Of a stretch of 63,886 nt of DNA, positions 25,601 through 34,600 are shown piece after piece. How positions within the stretch are numbered: the stretch's first letter is position 1; each line of letters starts with the position of its first letter. The position numbers and the translations under genes are program-made. The DNA lies in assembly GCA_015680685.1 (NCBI GenBank), contig MNCI01001288.1, forward strand, positions 62,115 to 126,000. The letters run 5' to 3'. The notes beneath the pieces were generated by a model. The model was not told the origin of the DNA. It saw nothing but the letters and a program-made list of their open reading frames with translations, and did no database searches. The DNA is from Gnetum montanum (Eukaryota > Plantae > Gnetophyta).

Positions 25601-28600
25601 TGCCCTCAAACCCTGTTCACCATAAAATAAAAAAACAAACACACAAGATCCATGGTGTGCACTCCCTCCCCAGCCGCAATGGCGGCCATGGCACCGTGGC
25701 CGTGGCAATAGCGACAGCAGTGGCAATCCCTGCCCATGGCAGGCTGCCCTCTAAACCCCAAGACCCCAAAGCACAAACACATGGGAAGCAAAAAAGGAAT
25801 GAGAAATCATGAGTGTAGCGTGACGACTTACCTGGCAGACGGTGCCTCTTGGCGCTCTTCAATACGTGCCCTGGGAAGACGTCGTAGGGTGTGCTCGCCT
25901 TCACATTGGCAAGGCCAAGGTGTCTACGCTCACTCCTACTTACCATCTTCTTGTTGTCAAGCTCTAGCTCTTTTGTTGTCATGCTCTGTGGATGATACAC
26001 TCTACCTTGGCCACGCTATGCTCGAATGATTGTTGGCTCTAATAGTAAAAATGATAGGCTTACCATGGGTAAATCCCTATTTATACCCTTTAGGGTCAAA
26101 TGACACATCACCCTTCCAGGATGTTTCCCGCGCGTAACACAGAACATCCCGTGTCCCGCACAACGTAACACCTAGAGTTAGAAAAATTGTCTAATTTTTT
26201 CAGCTTTTTACACTTTGAAAATTTTTACAGTTTTTTTGCTTGCCCAATGAACATTCAGCTTGGCCCCATGCTTCAAACATTTTAAGCCTTGCTTAGACTT
26301 ACACCTTACACATAGTCTATGGTCCGCTATGACCTTAAACTGGCAATTTTGTGACCAATCAAGGCCACAGCAAAGAACACAAAAAATAATAAAATATACA
26401 TGAATAAATCACTTTAGATACTACATAGTTAATTTTCATAGCATTGTCTTCCTTATTTTATGCATTTTGCTTCATTAAAACAAGTGCCGCTTGACATTTT
26501 TCTGGTTATCTTCTAGGATCTCTTGAGAAAATGAACGCATACAAGAGTCTTGATTCGCCTTTAGCCTTGACTGAACCTCATGGCAGACTCATGAGATGCA
26601 TAAACACAAAACTTTTGGACTTCGAACTACTTCCTTATGACACCAACATAACATCCCTAGAGACATCACTAGATTGGCCAGAACATCTAGTCCGAGCTTT
26701 AGACTTAGAAGCAAGTGACGTGACTGAGGATCCCCTCATAGAAGTCCCTGTCACAACATGCAAAGGTGAGGCAAAAACATTAAAACTTAGTTCTTTACTA
26801 GAGCCTCAAATCCAACAAAGCATCTCTAGAGTTCTTAGCGACAATGTCAAGGTGTTTGCATGGTCTTACAAAGACATGTCAAGCTTAGACCCCTGTATAA
26901 TACAACATAACATTATCTTAGATCCGTGCGCCAAACCAATTAAACAAAAGGCTTATAAAATCAAGCCTGAGATCGCGTTGGCCGTCCATGATGAGGTCAC
27001 TAAACTTTACCAAGTCAATTTCATCCGAGCAGTTGACTATGCAGATTGGGTTTCAAACATCTTAGTTGTCCCCAAGAAAAATGGAGGTATACACATTTAC
27101 ATAGATTTCTGAGACTTAAACAAGGCAACCATTAAAGATGATTTCCCATTGCCTAGTATTGACCAACTCGTTGATACTACGGCCAATCATGCCTTGTTGT
27201 CCTTCATGGACGGGTCCTTGAGGTACAACCAAATTTGCATCAACCCAAAACACCAGCTTACCACTACTTTCATGACCCCTTGGGGTACATTTTGTTATAC
27301 AATGATGCCCTTTGGATTAAAGAATGCAGAAGCAACATATCAACGTGCAATGACATACATCTTTAGCGACTATCTACTAGAATTGTTCAATGACTACGTT
27401 GATGATATAGCGGTTAAGTCCAAAATGGCTCATGACCACGCGAATGACTTGGACCGTGTCCTCAAACGTTGCCGTAGACATGATCTTCAGCTTAATCCCA
27501 AAAAGTGTGTCTTTGGTGTTAAAACCAGTCGCATGTTAGGCTTTGTGGTATCAAAAACAAGAATATGCGTAGACCCTGACAAGGTCAAGGCTATCACCAA
27601 CTTGGAGGAGGGCGATATCATTTTGCCCACTACTCGAGGGCTATAGGATGCTGCCATGTTTTTCACTGGGCCGATGCCACGCATGCAGAGTCGGCAGGTG
27701 CCCAAATCCACTCTACCACCTGTCTGGGCTCGGGCTACTAAGCTAGTGGACCGTTTTTTTGTATAGTTTGGAAATGGGTCCAAGCTCCAAGGCATCCACT
27801 TTGCGTTTCTCAAATGTCTAAAGTTGGGGATTAGGGTAAATCCACCTCGCTTCTTTCTGGCTATTTTACAACAAGAGAAGAGGGGGCACCATTTTGGGCT
27901 TATTTTGGCCCTTTGGTGGTGGGCAACAGGGGTGTAGCTGCAAGCAGGGCCAAGACCGGGTCCTGACCCCTCGAGGTCATCCTTGCCTAGGCCCTCCTAG
28001 TTGGATCTGCCTGAGGTATCAAGGACTGGGCCTATGGTGCCTTATTCCCAAAAGTGGCTTGGCCACCGAGAGTCGAGTGCTTCCAACCCTATGGTGGTGT
28101 TAAACGTGTCTCCGTGAACGGCGTTAGGATGCGAGGTTTTACGGGATGAGGAGTAGCATTGCGTGGTGACAAAGGTTGCGGCCACTGCCAAGTGGGACGA
28201 AGCCCTAACACATGCACAAGCTAAACTAGAGACCCATTTCCAGGAACAGGAGCAAGAGCTGCTTTGGCAGCAAACTTTGCTAGCGGAGGCTGCCCAAGCC
28301 CAGCTGGCTAACAAGCTCTACACCCAGATCTAGGAGGAGGCTACTCACAGAGAGCACGAGAGGGCGAAGTGGGCACAATAGGGACGAGAACAGGATGAGG
28401 AAAGACAGAGATAGAGGCAGCTAGACTGACACACGAGCAAAGTGCACGCCAATGGCTTCAGGAGGGGCACTGTCGATACATTGTTTTGGGCATAAATTGC
28501 GACTACTCGTGGGGGGTGCTCCAACGACACATCCGCTAGACGTCCACACGTTTCCACCCAAATTGGGGGATGTCGATTGAAGAGCAGAATCGACAAGAGG

Positions 28601-31600
28601 CTACCATGCAAGCAATTTAGTAGGCCACCAATTTTGTAAATTCCAAATTGCACCGTAACACGTTGGATATTCTCCATGCCCTCAAGCACCCGCACTGCGC
28701 ATGTCATAGACTGCCAACAGATCCGTAGCACCAAGTTGCAATCCCCGTTGTTCCCCGATTGGCTGATCTGCCCTTTTGTGTTGTGATTTTATGATGTAAG
28801 TCTTTGCCATCTGGTTTTGTGGTTGGCCGCCCCNCCCCCACCCACCAACCAACCAAGGGGGGTGTTGCCCCTCTCCCCGATCATGGGATCATCCATGTTG
28901 GCCACCCCTAGTGACTCGATTTTGTATTTTACTTTCTAGTAATATTATCCCAAACATTCTAAAAAAAAAGATGTGTATGATGAAGTCACAACTCAAGTTT
29001 GTGCTATTTGTGGAGAGACTATAAACTTTCCTGCAAAGGCAAGGCTACACCAAGGATATGCTCTAAGCCCTCATTTGTCATTATTATGGATGAGCTTACT
29101 AAAGAAATAAAATATACTAAGCTTACTAAAGAAATAAAAGATACTATCCTTTGGTGTATGCTCTTTATAGATGATATTATATGAGTGAATAAATCTAAAG
29201 AACTTCTAGCTACGAAGATGGAGACTTGGAGAAGCACCATAGAACCAAAGGAGTTGAGAAATAGTTTTAGTAAAATGGAATACATGGAGTGCATTTTTCA
29301 TGAAAAAGTGAGTAATAAAAGTATGAATATTAGAACTTAAAACCAACAAGTTACTCAAAGTAAACAATTTCAAAACTTTGGATCACTTGCTCAAATAGAC
29401 AATGAGATTAACAATGAGGTAACAAACAAAATTAAAGCAAGATGAATAAAATGGGAAGAAGCGAGTGATATGTTTTGGGATAGAAGAATCCTTGCTAGGT
29501 TGAAAGAAAAGTTTTATAAAACTTTTATCGTAACTATGATACTTTATGGTGCACAATGTTGGCCTATCAAAAAGCATTAGGCTCAACACATGTATGTGAT
29601 AGAGATGCAAATATTAATGTGGATGTTGGATGTCACTAGGAATGATTGAATAAACAACTCTAATTAGAGCAACTTTGGAGATTGCACCCATAAATAAGAA
29701 GATTAATGGTTTGATCATGTATTGAGAAGATGAAGGAATGCACCTTTTTGAAGAGGTCATAATATTAAAGTTGAGGGGCAACAACAAAGAAGTAGACCTA
29801 AATATACTTTGTTTGTAAGTATAGTGAAAGATATACAAGATTTAAGTACTAATACTAATGTAGCTTTTAAGAGAAATGAATGTCGTAAAAAATTTCATAT
29901 AGCTAACCTTATATAGTTGAAATAAGGGTAAGATGATGATGATGATCAAACAATTGGTAGCAATGACAGAAATAGAAATCTCATCAAACAAAGCATGCAA
30001 TTAGTAGAAAAGCATGTCTTTTTGCAATATTTGATATTTATAAACCAATAACCACAATTGGTAAGAATAGGTATTTTCACAACATTTTCATTTGCACACA
30101 ATTATAACATTTTTGCTCATCTCATACTGGTGCCTAGTGGCCAACTAAATCCCCTAAGTAAGAACCCAATATCCCTACATGTACCCCACAAGTGACGAAA
30201 GAAGTTCACTACCTCAAACGATGTATAGTGGATTAGTCCTTCCTACTTGTTACCTTTTGTAGTGTATTTGTGAACACTGCTAAAATCCACTACCTTAATT
30301 AGAATTTGAGAATCTTCTAGCAACCCTTGTGATGTGGACATCAACTAGACCAATGTGCCATCTCTCCAATGCTTGAGTTTTGACATGTTTGGGAATGTTT
30401 TGAGCCTATTTATATGAGTTTAGGGGGTTCCAGGGTCAATGGGGACTTGTTTGGAGGTATCCAAAGGTTTTTAACATCAAAATAAGCATCTTTAATTTTG
30501 GCCTTGTCATGATAGACGTCTCCCTTGCATGATAGACATCTCCCCTACCATAGTAGATGTCTCCTCCCAAGACAAAACATCTTCTCTGAAGTGTAGATGT
30601 CTACCATATGAGATAGACATCTCCTATGCAAGCCTGCAACTTTGGGAAGATGTCTCCACCTCTTGCAAGGCATCTCCTCTAAGACATCTCCAGTATCTAT
30701 AAGACATCTTAGATCTTAGTTAGAACATCTCCTCTGCATCCAAGACATCTCCTTGTTGAAAAATAATGGACATAAATTTGTATTTAGGCACCAAAATATT
30801 GCAAAAATGTTATAAATAGGCATCAAGGCCTTTTCATTTTAAGGGGGAAGAGTCTAGGGAATTGAGTGAGTGTGTGATGTGAAAGAGAGAAGTGTGTGAA
30901 ACTCATCTTGAGCACTCTTGTTCTTCTTGTTTGTGTGCTATTATTGGCCATTAAGTGGAGAGGGTGAAAGAGAGCCATTATTATTTGGCTGTGTGAGAGG
31001 AGTATGATTGTGAGGATCTTGAGTGTTGTCTATCCTTGGGATGTTTGCTTCCAGCATTTGTATGAATATTCATATTTTCAAGCAAGAATAAAGAGTTGTG
31101 CTTCTTTTTTTGTTTTCAATTGTAGATTCCTATGAGAACTTTGTAGGATTTGGTTTCAATTTGGGGTGTTGGGACTTGGTCCTTACCACCTTGCTGACTC
31201 ATGCAGTAATTTGCCATGTGCACACAAAAATGGTTCCGTAAAATCTTGTGAATAAATAGCTGATGACTTCAAACCCAAAAAAATTTTGTTTATCTTACAA
31301 AACAAGGGTTGTGAATTGATGAGATAATTATTTTTTTATTCCTGAAGTAAAAGTATCCAACATTTGATCCAACAATACACAATATCATATTCATGTCAAA
31401 CTCACAATATTGAGATAGCAAAAACATTAATAGGATCACAACCAAAGTAGAATAGAAATAGGAGAAAAAGCCTTTCCCAGAAAGCCTAATGATTCAAGAC
31501 TGAGGCACATCTCAAATTCCTCCAGATTCAAACCTTAGCAAGAACCTCAATGATAGATTTCTATTCTGAAACAATAAAAATGCAGGTTGTAAAGTGAAAC

Positions 31601-34600
31601 TAAGCAAATGGATTGATGTGCCAAAACAAGAAGTGAAAACTAGGCATCAAAATTGGGCAAACAAGTTGATGTTTCAAAATAACACAAATGCAGGTCAGGA
31701 AGCAAAACTTAAGTAAAAAACATTTATGATGTGGCAGCAATATGGCAATTGGACTTTTACAACCTAAGGTTACCGTTAGGGTTAGGATTGTGATGAGGCC
31801 AAATTCACTTCACTTAGATTAACATTACTGGGATTAGGCTCTAATCCACCATGGCCTCACTACTATTTCCAATTGCATTCAAATAAAATAAAAAACTTAA
31901 TCTAACACCAAATACAAAATGAAAATGAAATTAACTTTTAAAACTATTATTTCTTGTAAAACACAATCTTGTAGCCACTATCATTTAGCATGATTACACA
32001 AATAGCTTAAAATCTGTCAAAGTGCACTAGGCTCAATATAGACATGTCACTGAAATGTAAATGCTAAGGTGGATGTTAGATATAGCTAGGAAAGATAGAA
32101 TTAACAACTCTATTATTAAGTGATGTTTCAAGATAGCAACCAGAGATGAAAAGATTAAGTCATGTTAGATGATTTAGTCATGCTAAGAAGACTAGAAAGT
32201 GCACCTATTAGAAGAAGTTGTTTTATTAAAGAGAATGGAAAGAAACAAAGATATAGACAAAAACAAACATGTTATGCATGAATATACAGAGATATCTAAG
32301 ATTTAGATATTAATATTAATTTTGTCAAAGTTGGTGCAACAGGGGCATCCTCAGCATTTGTGAATTGGACTCAACGTCAGATCTCTATTATTTTATTTTT
32401 GGCCTATGCTAAATTTGTGATTTGACCTCGGCATGGGATCACACTAGCCCAAAATGAGCTAAAAACAAGTGACTACAATTAAGCCACGAGTCCCAACGAG
32501 GCTTGAAACTAGCCACGGCAAGTTGGCCACAAGTTGAGATCTTTACAAAAAACTAACAATGTGTATGGGTTACTATATGTGAAGAAAACATGCCACAAGT
32601 AGACTGCAAGTCATGGTATGGACATAGCCATAGACAAAAAGAGTTTTGCTTACTATGAGTAGACCACAAGTGACAGTGAGGTTGCAACCCTTGTCAAGCC
32701 TAAAAAATAAATCTGCCATAAGTTGACCATGCATCATAGTCTAACAAAGGACCCCAAATTGGTTTACAACGAGTCATGGTGAAGTCACAATCTTTACCAT
32801 AGGTCATAGTGGAATTTGTTTATAGCTTGCAACTTGGTCATGGTGAGTCTAGGGTTTTCTCTAAGCAAACCATGAGTCACAGTGAGCCTAGAACCATGAA
32901 ACCTGCATAAAATTCATGCTCAAATTCATACAAACACATAACTTTAAGGCCAAAGATTGCAAACATTAAGGGGCCTTGTATCAATAATTGGCAAGTGATT
33001 TAGAGAAATTTAAATGAGCCATTCATTTGGGAATCGTTCCACAATTTGATTCCCATGGAAAAGAACAAAGAGGGCAAACTGAAATGGCTAGATGGACTTG
33101 ACAATTGGGCTCAATTCTAACATGTCTCTTCATTTAAGCATGATGTCCTTTCATAACTCGATCCAAAAAAATGACTTATGTGATTGATTTTTTATTTTCC
33201 CAAGAGTAATTTCAAGAATATCTGGATCTCATCATCACCACACTTGGAAGCACTTTGTGTGCAGAATTAGAAATAAGTGCTATATACTAACACCTTCAAA
33301 TTTTATGACTCGTATCATTTTATACTTCTCTAATGCTTAACAGTTCGTTACTTGAATGCATGACGATAGATGAGATAATAATTCTGTTTTGGCTACATTG
33401 ACCTTTTATTCTTCTTTGAATATATGGGTGTTGGACCCCAAAAATAAATATCTTAAAAATAAAAATTCAGAGTACAAAAGCAAAGAAGTAGAGGAGAAAC
33501 TCCAAAACAACAAAAAAAAAGCCCAACAGTTTTAAGGATGCCTTTTCAGGTTTTCATCCTTAAAAACAGTCCTAAAAAACCTCCTCTCTACAATAGGGAA
33601 AGGATTAGACTTTACCCTTGTTCAGAAACACCCAAATGAGTTTTCACTTCCTACTAAAGACTTCCTAAAGAAAAACTAAAGAGAGAAATATTTAGGAATT
33701 CAACTAAAGCATCAACTAGTGAATGATGTCACCTTGAACTGACAATGGAAGAAAATTAGTTAGAGAATTTCTATGAAAAACCACATTACATCAAAACTTC
33801 TAGATGGCATAAAGAATAATAGGACGAAAACAATGCCAAGTATGAAGCAGAAATCATTGAAGCTGAGGAGTGTCACCAAATAAAACTTCATCTAATCTTG
33901 GTTAAAAACCACGGAAATACCTACTATACCAAGTCCAAGAGCTACAAGAAATGGGATAAGCAAAAAACAATGGATTAATGTATCTTCAATGTTGCATACA
34001 GGACATCTAGGGTCATGCATACCCAAATGAGAGCGTTGAACACCAATAGGCAAACCTTGATGAATCAAATACCACAGAAAATGTCTAATTTCTGAAGGAG
34101 TTGTGGCATTTCATATCTTATAAATTCGTTCCTTCCATAACTACACATTGTGATTAACCTTCCAAAGATAATTGAATCTTGGTCAAATATCAATATTAGA
34201 ACTAATAAGAATATACATAATCTTGGACCAATATGGAAAAACATGATGGTCAATAATCCATGAAAAGTCAAGAAAACCATTATGAGAATCTTGAATAGTT
34301 ACACTTCTATCCAAACTATCCAAAAGAAAAAAGAAAAAATGTAGTCTTTTTAGAAACATTAATGTCATAGAGACTTTGACACTCAAACCAAGCAATTCAA
34401 CGATTATACATGCAAAGAGATAAAAGAGAGGAAATGCCAAGCTTACACCATGTATTGCAAAGGCATGGATGCTTAATAGCCCATGGTTCATTATTAATGG
34501 AAAGCCAACAAGGAGAAATCTTATCAAGCATAGAGGTAGAAATAGTAATATTATTGAAGTTCCAAAAATCACTAATAATACTCCAAGCCTTCCAAATGTG

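Noticed and set aside
32340-32910. Repeat-rich segment (AGTCAC/GGCCAC motifs) as a defined element
   Set aside because: No TIR, TSD or regular period could be established
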